A stretch of DNA of 64,000 nt, taken from NCBI GenBank assembly GCA_002633005.1, contig NMRA01000014.1, positions 920,955-984,954 on the forward strand, read 5' to 3'. Below the pieces are notes generated by a model. The model was not told where the DNA came from. It saw nothing but the letters and a program-made list of their open reading frames with translations, and searched no databases. The position numbers and the translations under genes were made by a program. Below are positions 51,201 through 63,632 of this stretch, piece after piece (position 1 is the first letter of the stretch; each line of letters opens with the position of its first letter). The stretch comes from Phoronis australis. Lineage: Eukaryota > Animalia > Phoronida.

Positions 51201-51961
51201 GTGTGGCATTCAGAAACGATTTCTAAGCAAAACTGCGTCGGCCAAACTTCACCAGAAGTAAATACGGAAAATGACTTGCACACAGAATTGAATGAAAACA
51301 AACAAACCTGATACACAAATGTACTTGATCTGAAGATATGCTATTTTTGTGTAGTTTGATTCCGTGGCGTCGAGCATCCTCTGTTCCATTTCGGCGATTT
51401 CGTTAAGCTTATAGGAGCAGCTACTTCTAAAGCTGCATTTTTTCTGAACGGTCGTCCAGAAGATTTTGGGTGAAACTTTAGTGCCCGCAACGCCACAGGT
51501 CCGGGACACCATTATGTAAGTCTGTGTTATCGCGACAACCTTGCTACCATGGCAAGACAGTTCGGCTGTTTCATCGCCACAGATATCTATAGTTGACACG
51601 TCTGCAAATGGCATGCAACTAAAGCGTCTGTCTGCTTAGAGAGAAGAAACGTCTCAGTGAAATTCATTACTTATATTAAAAGATTAGGAACAACAGAAAA
51701 AAGATAGAACAAGAAGAGGGCTAAACAAGAGAGTTTGGGTAGAGGTGGATTTAGGGGGCACCAAAGGACCAGAACCCCTAAAATTCTCCCAATATTCATG
51801 AGAGTTACAACCTGCAGATGGACAAGGAGTTTTCATTTCAGTATCGTATCAACAAGTCTTTGATATTCCAAGTTACAGAGTGACGGTGCCGTATTTCGTG
51901 GTTGGGGCCCTAGTTTTGTTCCTGCAATAACACCAGTTTGGGTTTGATAGCAAGATACGCA

Positions 51962-52042
<81 letters not shown>

Positions 52043-53729
52043 TTTGAAATATGCGCTAAGGAAACACTCTGTAGCTGTTAATCTCCCTCACACTTTCGAT
52101 AAATAAGCGCATGCGCTCAGTCATTCGGCAAACAGCTGACTGACAAGATGGATATTAATACGGCAGATTATCACATGTTATGGCATTCCGAATCGAATGG
52201 CAGACTCAGAGGGGGGCCAAGTGGGCCATGCCCCCCCCAAAAAAAAAACACTCCTAGATTCCATTTGGCAGTTCGGAGGTGCGAATGTTTGACTGGCAAA
52301 ATCCTGGCTAATACACTTCCCTGCCCCCTCACCAACTAAAAATCCTGGATCCACCCCTGGAATCTGAAGCTGACAGCACAGTATGACGCAAGCCAGTGAA
52401 GCAAGTGATTTCCTAAAAATAATTCCAGGTGCATTCTAGAATACATTGGTATACTGCGATACCTTTATAACTAATTTTAAACGCTTTTAATCTGGCTGCT
52501 GCTTGAAGACGCCATTGTTTTGTTTACTTCAAAGGTCACATTTTCCACACAACGGAAATGTGCTACGTCTATGTCTTGCCACACCAAATAAGAAACATGC
52601 TTTACGCAAGCTGGCTCGTGGTCATTTCCATTAATTTCGAGTCCATTATGTGTTACATATCGTATTTCCGAAGGTGCAACTATGAATTCTAATTACCGGT
52701 TGGGACTACGTAGGCACTTATTACATCGCCTGGACGTTTACGACCGGCTTTTTTGTTTGGGGATTTGGAACAGGGATGGATGTCAGTGATTACTGCTGCC
52801 TGTAGGGTCACGGAGGCAACATTCTTTCCCGCCTATAGACACTGCGCTGGAGTAAGAAACCTAAATCCATCATTTAAAATTTACCTTTTTCATTACTTCA
52901 AGGACAAAAATCAGTTAACGACAACTGCAGTTGTATAACCTCGAATGTGTAACCTGCCTGAGCAACGGTATGGTGGGGCTTGACTAGTTGTCTACACCAG
53001 CCCTTATCAGAGAGTGACCTTAAGTGAAATTTGAACGGGAAGAGTGCATACTGACAATTTTTCTTTTTGGAGACCGCCTCTTTATCTGCAAAACAGCTCA
53101 AAGCATCGTGAAAATTGTCAGATGTCAAGAGAAGAGCAGGATGGACCTTCATTTCTTCATTTGTGTGTACCGGTATTGCTACGAAAGTGACAACTTCTTT
53201 AGGACGGATGCGACTCCCAGGTGCTGTCTTCTAGTGGCAATTTTAGTTTTTACGTTTCGCCTCCATATCTCCGAAGTTCCTTGACGGATTTTCATGAAAT
53301 TTATGAAAGTGTATCTATTATGGAGACGATGACGCCTTTCTGGTTTCGTATCAGTTCGACGTGCTATGTGCCATCTAGTGGCTATTTTGTTATATTAATA
53401 ATCACACCTATAGGCATACCCATTGCACTACAGTACTGGGAGCGCTCTTGTTACAGAAACTTGAACTGTCAGTGAACCGTTTGTACGTAGTTTTGTACAC
53501 TAAAGAAAGCACCCTTTCCCATAAAAGTGGTCGTGATAATAACTACTCTCAGTGTCCGTGTACATTTCTTTTACGAAAGCACCCCATGCGAATTTCAGCA
53601 ATGATGGTGGAAATCTCGAACGCGCAGTGGCATTGTGGCACTGTTTGGGCATTCAAATATAAGTCTTACCAGGCCTATACTTGGTGGCTGCTATCGTCAA
53701 GTCTACCATAAGAACGAGGAAAAGCCCTC
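43928..53729 (-). CDS. Gene C (spliced): receptor with signal peptide, SUEL-like, kringle-like, 2x TSP1, TM, helical repeats and dynein-MTBD-like domain; ~770 aa; start unresolved
   Basis: Exons 53670-53729, 51308-51601, 50906-51187, 50212-50385, 48920-49114 and 43928-45240 join in frame (phase 1). Confidence 0.85.
46067..46749. mobile_element. ~680-bp near-perfect foldback element with 8-bp TSD (P/hAT-type)
   Basis: Arms CACAGGCGTCCTCAGC... and ...GCTGAGGACGCCTGTG, ~335 bp each with a ~12-nt spacer. Flanks TCTGGACG and TATGGACG (7/8 match). Confidence 0.9.
46857..47014. mobile_element. GGCGGAT-family MITE
   Basis: AGGGCGGATCCAGG...CTAAATCCACCACTG; inverted relative of 48731-48887. Confidence 0.75.
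47950..48135. repeat. Two-copy ~90-bp tandem repeat
   Basis: ATGACGTCAT...CTATTCT...GGTCCAAATTGCGTCAT occurs twice. Confidence 0.6.
48731..48887. mobile_element. GGCGGAT-family MITE
   Basis: CAGTGGCGGATTTAGG...AATCCGCCCCTG termini; similar copy at ~52198-52359. Confidence 0.8.
48920..49114 (-). CDS. Gene C TSP1 domain exon 2 (DGGWGLWTAWSKCSASCDFGIRKRNRVCSDPIPKYGGKDCPG...)
   Basis: WxxWxxW.CS..C..G..RxRxC signature. Boundaries gttgcag|GG and GACG|gtacga; 195 bp. Confidence 0.92.
49805..49830. repeat. (GT)n microsatellite
   Basis: Seen directly. Confidence 0.9.
50212..50385 (-). CDS. Gene C TSP1 domain exon 1 (DGKWGSWSKMSTCSVTCGQGRRVQNRACDSPATTLGGRTCPG...CP)
   Basis: Canonical CSVTCG motif. 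Boundaries gttgtag|TT and CCAA|gtaagt; 174 bp. The ORF track shows a different frame here. Confidence 0.93.
50906..51187 (-). CDS. Gene C divergent kringle-like exon
   Basis: GPECVY...GYLG...T.EG.CEDW...NYCRT....VCP.....C..PPEC. Boundaries tccacag|AG and GAAG|gtttgt; 282 bp. Confidence 0.85.
51308..51601 (-). CDS. Gene C divergent SUEL-like domain exon
   Basis: IC.DE...LSC....V.I.....C......VQKKCS.R.SC......AYLQIKYICV. Boundaries tttgcag|AC and TCAG|gtttgt; 294 bp. Confidence 0.85.
51966..52038. repeat. (CA)n microsatellite
   Basis: Seen directly. Confidence 0.97.
52198..52359. mobile_element. GGCGGAT-family MITE (diverged)
   Basis: Shares GGCAAAATCCTGGCTAAT..CT.CCCTG.CCCC..AAAATCCTG.ATCC.CCCCTG with 48731-48887. 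Confidence 0.7.
53670..53729 (-). CDS. Gene C signal-peptide exon (xGLFLVLMVDLTIAA-TKYRP)
   Basis: Strong acceptor ttcttttacag|GA and donor CCTG|gtaaga; 60 bp, phase 1-1. TKY after the predicted cleavage site, as in gene A. Confidence 0.75.
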
Positions 53730-54789
53730 CTGTAAAAGAATAATAAGAAAGTTAAATCTCTGCACGATAAACCTAAAGTAAATATCTCATTCGAAACTTT
53801 AGGAAGCACAACACTAATGCAAAGAAGGAAATTGATCATTAAACGACACCTGTGTTGTGACACTCGACACATGTTGTTACCGTGCCACAATAGGTGCCGA
53901 GTGCGATAGTATATGCAGTCAGCCTCGCCACAAATTGTCGCCCCGTCAGTGGACAGATATGTGACACATCACTGGTAGCCCGCTACACGGATCTGTAGCG
54001 AATTGAACCAGGCAAATGTGCAAAAAATAGTTTGCGGCTAATTGACGACACGCAGACCTCATACTTTGAATAACTACCCCCGAAAACTCGTTTAATTGCG
54101 AGAGCTTTGTTTGCAAACAATGACCTTGGGTCCATTTAAAAACGTATTTTATTGCGCACTACTGGAGAGGATCAACATTTTCCAGATTGGACGATACATG
54201 TATAAACATTACATAGAGTCGATGAGTGGGGGAGAGTGTGCCCCACTCGCGCCTTTGTTTTTCTGGGGATTCAGACTTTTAGCCGGGGAAATAAAGTCCG
54301 TTCGGTCTATCTGTCCGGCGTCCGCTGTTGTATTTCTAAAATCCTCTGATGGATGTTGGTAAAATTTCGCAATACTTCCCTATAATGAATAGGGCGATAC
54401 AAGCGAATTTCCTGACAGACACTGTTCCCGCTGTGCCCTGGTGACATTTTAATGTATCTTCGGAGTTCCATAACTTTCATGAAACTTGGCAAATAAGTAT
54501 CTCAAATAAGGAGACCAGTCAACATATCCTGCTCCACCCAATGGAATTTTACTGTTTCTGGTGTCCGTCTCTCTCGTTCCTACAAAACTGACAGAAAATT
54601 GGCAACTGCTTTCCTCGGGAAATGCTAGGTTGACGTTACTTTCCGGACAACATCGACCACTGTGACATCCCATAGTGGTGGTTTCTTTTCTTGCATCACT
54701 TGCCCCTTTTCAGACTGATTTGACATTCGTGGCCAGTGATCATTTAATTTTTTTGGGGTTAGGCATGGGTTTTGTAGCCCGATACATCA

Positions 54790-55720
54790 CGCAATGTGGG
54801 GTCTAATTCTTCATTGAGCCAAGCTGAGAGTATCTTGCAGTTCAGAGACATCTTCGGCAGCATTTATGTGGATGGAACGGCAGGGATTGGGCGCATCCCA
54901 ATTCCAACAGTGGGTAGAAGCGCGCGAGAAGCAGCGGAGAGAGATGGCTCCAGCAAGGGTGAGATCATCATAAGAGAAGGAACCTCGGAAAGGTATGCCA
55001 ACTAAGTCAGCAAGGTGCGTGGTCCAGCAAAATCCTTACTGAGAGGAATTTATGGTGGATACCTGGAGAATGAAGCCTGTGCGTATTCAATTCCTACTTC
55101 GCTCCGAATACGAACCGTCTACGTTGGGGCCTAAAAGACGACTCAACCTATCAGTTGTGTGGCGGAAGAAGAACTTTCACCCTCGTCCAATCTGGGTGTA
55201 AGAGAGTGCTTCAACAAGGCCGATACAGGTGGACTCACGACGAAGCTTTAAAGACACTTGCAGATATCATAGAAGGGAAGTGGAAGGCGAGAGCAGCACA
55301 GCAAGTAGTTACATTAAATTCAGCACAAGAGAGCGAAGATAAAGGACACGCCAAGAACACTGCATCCTGGATGATGTGACATGGGAGATGAGAGTTGACC
55401 TGGAAAGAAAGGCAGTATTTCCCAGCCTGATGGAAATTACTCTCGATCTGACTTGATCCTGTGGTAAGAAATCTAGCAGCGCATAATAATAATCGAGCTT
55501 TCAGTCACTTGACAGAAAGTCATCGAAGTACAGTTAGCTAACCGTGAAATTCAGAGGTAAGTGGTGGAAATCTTAGTTGTTTCCTCCTGAAGTGGGATGC
55601 AGAAAGTTCCCCTCAAGGTCCCTTTGGAGGTTGATGGGGAGGCTTGGTGTACGAGGGAGGGCTAAGGGAGCAGCAGTGAGAAGGCTGGGTTAAGCGGCTG
55701 AAAGAACGTCATGCTGACTG
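54790..55720 (+). mobile_element. Degenerate non-LTR retrotransposon 3' part with restriction-like endonuclease (HERO/NeSL-like)
   Basis: Frameshifted peptides QAES.L..RDI.G....G.AGIG, RIQFLLRS.Y, LCG....SGCK..LQQGRY.W.HD..L, WEM.VDL, LRSDLILW....IIIIELSV (zinc knuckle plus PD-(D/E)xK region). Confidence 0.75.
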
Positions 55721-57019
55721 TTTATAACTGGTATTTTCTCGGACATGTTTTCGTTATTTGCTTGGGTATGAAAAATGGATTCGATGGCTAGCGTGGAGTG
55801 AATAAATTAAACGACGGTGGCGATCAGTTTTCAAAAATGCAATTCGTCAGTAGTTAGCTGCCAAAATGAATTTAGGCACTTGATCACATGAACTCGTGTC
55901 ATAACATTCCTTACCATGAAGGGACAGCAAACCTGCAAGCCGAGCTTCAAAGGTTTTTGGGGGTTGGCCATCCCTAAAACTGTGAAATGGCGCAAGTCAA
56001 GTAAGCCAGTGACTTGAGGTGCCAGTTCATTCGGCTCAATTCAGGATCGCATGAATGTGATCGTGTTTTTAAACTTCAAAGCGCTACAAATAAGAGCGGC
56101 AATGTTTGTAGGGTACGACAATATATGATGTTAACGGGCGACAATACCTGTATGTTGATGTTGACAGCATATGATTGTAGCACTTGGTATATATTATCGC
56201 CCAAACGAGATATGTGTCGAGTACGACAATATATGCCGCAACAACGCGTGCTGCGTGAAGTATTGATAATATTATCACCCATAACCTTACCCAGAGTTGG
56301 CGACAGAAAATAAACGAGAAACATACGAGCAATTGTAGGAATTTCACAAATTACAAAATAAATGATTAAGTTATTCTAAAATAAAGATTAAGAACTATGA
56401 AAATGCAGAGTGAGTGGGTTTACTTTTAGACCGCCACTGAAAACGCAACATCAAAATAATAAGCCGTATGTTCGGACTACATGACAATGTTAGGCCTACT
56501 TAATCTCAGCATGTATCAAAAATAGGTAAACATTGTAACTTAAACTACTAACCATATTTAAAAGTCTTTAGCATAGCCGTGGAAACCGTTTGTAAGCACC
56601 GACACCACTGGCGAAGGTCTTTGATGCAGAACAGAGAGAGTGCCACATAACTTCAACATCAGCTAAATGTTGTATATTATATCACACACGCACGTTAGTA
56701 AGTCTTGTGTCACAATATGTGTCAACTAGATGTTGTGCATCATATCACATACGCACGTTAGTATTTGTTGTATCAATCGAGACTGCGTCACGTTAATACG
56801 GGAATTTTCGTATTGGCGCTCTCTGTAGTAACGAGATCGAGAAGTGACTTCCGATTGATCCCGACTCAAATTTGGTGGACAAAAACTCAATTACTGCATA
56901 GTGGTTCATTAATTTAAAAACAGAGGAACAAATTCCACCGTCTGTAGGTGCCACTGAAGGCCTGTCCACCAAAGATATGATCGCCGTCTGGTGGGATAGT
57001 GAATTTCAATATGGCGCTG

Positions 57020-57450
57020 CTGCATGTGCGTGAACTTGGAATCCTGCTTAATCTCAAGATACCGTATGCGTGAACTTGGAATTGAGTATTCATTTGGGCA
57101 ATCAGGTGAAATTTTTTGTTCAGCGTAAAGAATTGTTGTAATAATTTTCCTCATGATCACCCATTTTTTTTCCTTTATCGTAACTTGTGCTAAATATTTG
57201 GAGGTTTATTTGAATGGTTAAGTGATCAGTATTTCCTGGTGAATAGGATCGCCAATAGTTGAAAAAAAGATTGATTAAAATCTACTTTATTTTATTAACA
57301 TGTAATTTCATTTAGTGCAGTGAAAATTTTTGTCAACGTGAACTTGATTATTTTAGTGAACTTGTCAAGTTTCAACGTGTATTCCAAGTTCACGCATTCG
57401 CGATCTTGAGATTAAGCAACAGAGATTGCAAGTTCACGCGCATCAGTGCG
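57020..57450. mobile_element. MITE with GCGTGAACTTG-repeat inverted arms
   Basis: GCGTGAACTTGGAAT..CTTAATCTCAAGAT..GCGTGAACTTGGAAT (57028-57082) is inverted at ~57380-57440. Confidence 0.7.
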
Positions 57451-60264
57451 GCTATTTCCAGTTTTTGGCCAATACTCATATTACAAAAAGTCGACAATTA
57501 GCCTTTTTGGTCTCAATCCTCGCAAAGATGTTCAATGCTGAAAACGTACGCAAGCAAGCGTTTGACATAAGTTTTATCAGTGTAGAACAGACCAGTGGTT
57601 AGCGGAAAGAACGTGAAGAGCAAAAATCGAGAAACTATCATACGGTTAAAACCCGTTGTTTAGCACCAGAAGGGGTAATGTTTTGTGATCTAGGAAAGGC
57701 TGGGTGCCACTCACATTACAAGGCACAAAGTGTAATAGACGAAACTCGTAACCAATACCTTTTTAAAAGGTATTTTACCCGTTTAAAACAGGTGGTGAAT
57801 CTACTTCTTTGGAATGCTAGCGTGAGAGAAAAAAAATGCTTTTACGTAACAGAAATTCCAAAATCTTCCCGATCAAACTGTGCATTTTAGTCTGTTTTTC
57901 GCGTAATATGCCACTACCAAACCCTGTTTCGATGATTTCAACCAATCCTCGTTTTGTCACCTGCTAATGCATCATTCGGCGCCCCACTTGAGTTCGTAGA
58001 AGCAGGATTCAACTAAAAATTCACACTCTCCGTGTCACAGATAAGATATCATGGTTTTTGGTGGGTAGTCTTGCCCTACAGTTGTCGTGTAACTCACCTA
58101 AAGCGTAGGTCACGTTTGCCCGTTCAGTAGACTTTGCAACTGTTCAGTGTTGTCGAGCGTTACAGTGCATTATTTTGTTTCGGAGAATTTGATGGAAGCC
58201 ACATTTTGAATATCTGGTGATAGCCAAACCGGGTTTTGTAATTTTAATGGACGTACCAGTATTAAAATGAATTTCCTGTCCAATTGTTTGAAACAAAATG
58301 TTCGGTAATCATCGACAACCTCAGCTTTCGGAATACGCCGCCTATGTTCAACCTGTGGGGCCTGAGAAAAGGTTTCGGGAGTACTTGCACTTGGCATTCA
58401 TTGGTATATTTTTAATGTAAAACGTTACCACGTTCAAAGCTTTCGTGTAATTAGCCAATGAATTTCACGAAAAATGAATACCGTAGAAAATAAACCTGAA
58501 ACTTAAAGAGGCGATCCACTCCTCTAAAAGGATACCGTTGTTTAACGAAATTTAGGTAATAAATGGCAGTTGTTTAATTGTGGGGAAAGGTTCTCTTACT
58601 AGATTAATTGCAATGCAGTACACAGCTTACAAGAAGGTGTTTGTGATAAAAGGTATGACGCCGGGAATAAAATTTCAGTGCGTGTTTTGTTTCCTTCACA
58701 ATATCAGCTTGCATGACGTGTTTTCTCATGAGTGATAAATTATTTTGTATACATGGTATTCTTCATTTTCGGATGCTGTAAATGTTTCATAGGTATCGAA
58801 CGTCAACAGTTTCAAAAGCTAGTAAATTTCCTGGGTTGTCGTTATCTTCTGCGAAACATTCGGAATCTCATCAAAGCTGCATACTGGCGATCGCAATAAA
58901 GATTTGCTTTTATTAGTTATGCATGACCTTAGGATAGTGCCCGTTTTCCTTTATCGGCGCTCCCACATTAGCATCAGTCTATGACAGACTCAATGCTTTT
59001 CTGTGGATCTATGACCTTAGGCACCTCTTCCATCGAGTCTATAGCTCACATGAAGTAGTGTATTGATGACACTGATTTACTTTCAACACAAGTAGACTTT
59101 CTCATTGACCAAGCATTTGCCGATAGACCTAAGTCAACTCGTTTCTGAGTGTTGTGAACAGGCAGCAGTGCCCACGTCGGGATTTTCTTCAAGAAAACAC
59201 GGAGCATTGATTATAAAAGTCTCCTTTTTTAGTAACATGAGTTGTCAGCAGTGAAGTTACGAATGTTGCATTTAAAAGAATGTAAACGCATACATGCATA
59301 TGAATTTTTGAACGCATCGGATAGGCAGGGGCTCGACCTTTTCGGCGGGGNNNNNNNCCCCCCCCCCCCCGACTGACGTCCCTAGCTACGGACTTGGTTG
59401 TGCTGCTTGCCCTGCTGCAGACCTGTGATTTCTGGACTGCATGTCACCAAAAATTAGGGAACCCAAAAATTAGGACGGCGAGTCAACGGGACCCCAGCAG
59501 TGGAAAGCGAAAGTACTCAAGACCAGATGGCTCATAACCAATCATTTTTAAGCACACAATAGGAATCTCTAAATGGTTAAATGGAAACAACCAACAGGTT
59601 TGGTTTCAATGTTTTATTAATAGCACCTGTTTAAACATCACGGGAAAATGAAATCTTGTAAACCTAGAAGCACGAACCACTAACGTTTAACTGGAATGTA
59701 TGTTTAAGAAAAACATAATGAAAACATACGTGGGGATCAATTTTCTGGGTACTCTGGTACATGACATGCCAATAGCTCAGAGTATGCTTTTAAAAGTTAC
59801 TGGCAATAAAGGTCACATTTAAAATTCTTCAGTTACAGCACCTTTTTCACACACTTCTATTACCACCAATCCCAGCAAAGCCTATATGGTCACAGAAAAA
59901 CAAAAGTATTATGTTCTAATCCTTCATGAGATCAAGATTAATGGATTGTTTAGCTGGTGAGTCTTGATTGAGAAAGGCCCTCACTCACTCTTGGGAAGAA
60001 ACCCTTGTGCTTTCTAAAAAGGGTAATTTTTGTCTGAGTGGAAATTCTCCCATTGTAAAGAAAATTCGGGTTCTCCATCCAGGGTACTAGACATTTCACC
60101 AGGGACTATGTTTCAAGGGTGTTCTTTTAAATATACTCTGGAATTAGTGGGTCATCCCCAAAGATTTGCAAAGCTTTAATGAAGGATCCTCAAACTGGGA
60201 CATGAATAAGCACACACAAATACATTGCTTTGATGTTATGATGAACCATGCATGGGAAATAAGA

Positions 60265-60625
60265 ATGTATAACAGTGTTAGCAGTAACACCAGACAATGT
60301 ATAACAGTGTTCACAGCAACACCAAACAATGTATAATAATGTTACCAGCAACACCAGGCCATGAATAACTTTGTTAGCATTAACACCATACAATGTATAA
60401 CAGTGTTAGCAGCAACACCAGACAATGCATAACTTTGTTAGCATTATGAGACCATACAATGTATAACAGTGTAACTAGCAGCAACACCAAGCCATGTACA
60501 ATTTCGTTAGCATTGTAAGACCATACAGTATATAACAGTGCTAGCAGCAACACCAGACAATGTATAACTTTTGTTAGCAGCAGCACCAGACCACACAGTG
60601 TTCTAAGCAACAACACTATACAATG
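60265..60625. repeat. Minisatellite, ~30-35-bp unit ACAATGTATAACAGTGTTAGCAGCAACACCAG
   Basis: About 11 degenerate tandem units. Confidence 0.9.
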
Positions 60626-61349
60626 TATTCAATGCTCATGCTTTCAGTCCTTTCCTGGTATGTAACCAATGAGAAATATAGCAAAAACAAATGCAAAGAT
60701 ATCAACATCAGATCATCTTAGACCTACTATAGGAACAGTCATAATTACAAGAAAACAACTGAATTACATTTATATGAGCATTCGCAACAAAAAACTTTTA
60801 AAACATACAACAAAACTGAAAAGTCAGTTTCTAACAATGCTTACACCTTTCAGATAAATAAGCTGGCTTTATTTCACAAGGTAAACTCAGTTGACCCAGC
60901 GAACCTGCAGTCAATCACTGTAGTTGTCCCCCAACAAACCAGGGAACATATCCTTACAGTGCCCCAAGCTGGAGTACAACGGTTTATGGAAACATGCAGC
61001 CCATATGATGAGGGGTGTAAGAGACAGACAGCCCACAACTGCGGTAGTGACAGCCAACATCCTGGTGTTTGAACCAAAGCTGGAACATGAACTTTAGGTT
61101 GTAATACTGATGATTGGAGAATGATATCCAACATTATAGTTTTATACAGTATCACATTTGTTTGAAAATGTTTCATACCAACACAAAAAGAGAAATTCAA
61201 AACACAGTATTTCCAGTATTCCGGTAAAGAAAGTTAGGTAAAAAAGGTACTACACTGCCGTACCATTTAGGTCCATAGGCATCTGTATGGAACTGCGCTT
61301 ATATACGAAACTTGCTAAGCCCCTGTGGTAATATGCTTACCACTTAACT

Positions 61350-61690
61350 AAAAAAGGGCCGCAAAAACGGCATTATTTCAGAAATTGGCGCATGGGCCTG
61401 AAGGCAAAGCAATACGGTAATGCAAAATCATTTAACAAATTTCATGAAAATGCACCAAAGAACTACAAAGATACAGACGCAAACGTAAAAAATGCCATTA
61501 GGAGGCACAGTAGTATTCAAAACGTGTGCGCCTATATGCAAATTAATGTATAGGCCTATGCAGGGACATTATCTGGCATATATGCAAAAGTTTGGCACAA
61601 GTGATAATATGTAAAAAAGGCCGCAAAAAGGGCATTATTTCAGATATATGCCCACTCCATGGGCCTAAAGGCGCAACAATACGGTAAACA
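61350..61690. repeat. Direct repeat pair (~80 bp, AAAAAGGCCGCAAAAA.GGCATTATTTCAGA...CAATACGGTAA)
   Basis: Copies at ~61350 and ~61613. Confidence 0.65.
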
Positions 61691-63632
61691 AAATTAAAAT
61701 CATGAGCAAGTTGAAACTAAAAATTTTTAATTTGCCACAGGGAGTATGAAATCCCACCAATAGCTGATTATTAGTAGGGAAAATGCAGAGCACAATCCAC
61801 AAGATTAAGACTTCAAGAACTTGGGAAAAACAGTGCAAACAAAACTATTCAAGCGAGTCTGACGCTCACTCAAACGGCTTCCAGAACCCCAAGTCTAGCA
61901 TCACCCACTCAGAAAATAATGCCAATGACCACTACCTAAACTTTCAATTCCTTGACCAGTGAGGGGGACAAGTTGCTCAAAACCTAAATTTGAAAAAAAA
62001 TGTATTTCGGCCCTCACCTTTCATGTGATGTAAATCTTAGAACAAGAAGCCAAGCAATAACGATCATCGTCCCTGCTAATTCTCTGAAAATATAACAAAC
62101 GAATAAGAGAGGCCAGCAAGACAGTCACAAATGAACGAACCATTCCTGGGGTATTGCATAAAATATTCCCCTTTTACAATATAAACTAAATAAAGCAGAT
62201 ACATAAAATCATTGATTTCATATTTTGATGTCTACATCGGCAAATCAGCTGTTGTGTACTGTTGTTGATTGTATTTATTAAAGATATATTGACTCCTGGT
62301 ACATTACCAATGGCTTCAAAAATGGCAGAGTTTAAGGTGAAATAAAATCGAAGTGATTTATTAAAGCCAAAATAAAACCTATGAGCTCCATTCGAATTTT
62401 AGTATAACCAGTGTTAACTTGGCCTCACTTCACGGCTCAGTTTCTCATGACTGGTTGCAAACCAAAACAATCAGGATTCGGCATTGCATTTTGAACTTGG
62501 AGGGGTACCTAGTCCCCACAGTGGCTTAGAGTTTTCAAGAACGGTTGTAAATCATTGATGTCATTCACACACAGCAGGTTTTTTGAAACTGACACACAAT
62601 GTCAGTGAAAATAGTTCTTTATGAACCCCGCTTATAGTCATACAACAGTCCCAGTTGGCCTTTGTAAGTAAACACAGCTTAACAAAGAGTTTCTGGTCCT
62701 GGCTGACAAGGTAATTGTTTTATTACCCTTTTAGGTTTTGAATATGGCAGCCCAAAATGGTATATTTCAGATGGGAATCAGGAAGACACTACCAGTGGCA
62801 ATAGACAAATTGACGAATCAGCTCTAAGTATAACATAAGTATAGGTTGTACCCAGAAGTACGCCACTCACCTTCCTTCTTCATGCTGTAGAGGATTCACA
62901 AAGTTTTCTTTTAATATCCCAGTCAAAACCATAAATAAATAAATAGAATGTAATGTACTCAAGATGACGACCAAGCCACACGTTACTTTCCACAATGTTT
63001 TTCCTGAAAACAAAATTAATTCAATTAATTCTTGAAAATGTGCAGTTTTGTACCTTGATAGGCAGAGTTGTTTATAACATTTTGTGACCCAGCTCCTCAT
63101 GCTTGGAGTGATTAATTCTGTCCCTGCCTGTGAGCACAGCACGAATGATTATTGCTGGGAAATTTTAAGTTCGCACACCTTTGGCTTAGCATTGAGCTTA
63201 TAGTGACCAATTAGTCAATGTTGTAGGTGGCTACAACAACATTCACTACACTTTAGCTATTTTACTCTTTGAGTTTCCTGAAGAACCTGTGCTACCCAAA
63301 GAGTGTCAAGCTTTCATCAAAACTACTTTTGTATAGTACGGGCTTCAGCTTAGTTTGTGGTGATATCAGCAACTTCTTCAATATCAGCATGAGGTAATGA
63401 CAAGAGCGGAGAGTTGGTAGAATACACTTTTAACCCCATTAAAAGTTGCTTAAGCACATACATTGATTTAAAAGGCCTGGAGAAGTCAGAGTCTATACCC
63501 TCCAGCACTCAACAGAATACAATAGGGTAAAAGCTCACCAGTTTAGGAAACAACATGGCCGACAAATGAAAACTTATTTTGTCATTTTTCCATGTAACAT
63601 ATGTAACACAAACTCAAATGATTTTCCGTCAT

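Noticed and set aside
54500-54780. Possible inverted 5' fragment of the adjacent non-LTR element (twin priming)
   Set aside because: Peptide resemblance on the minus strand is too weak to support by eye.
60265-60625. Regularly spaced ~32-bp repeats resembling a CRISPR array; Leu/Val-rich ORFs on the minus strand
   Set aside because: Units are contiguous and degenerate with no unique spacers, there are no cas genes, and the context is eukaryotic. It is a minisatellite and the ORFs are artefacts of it.
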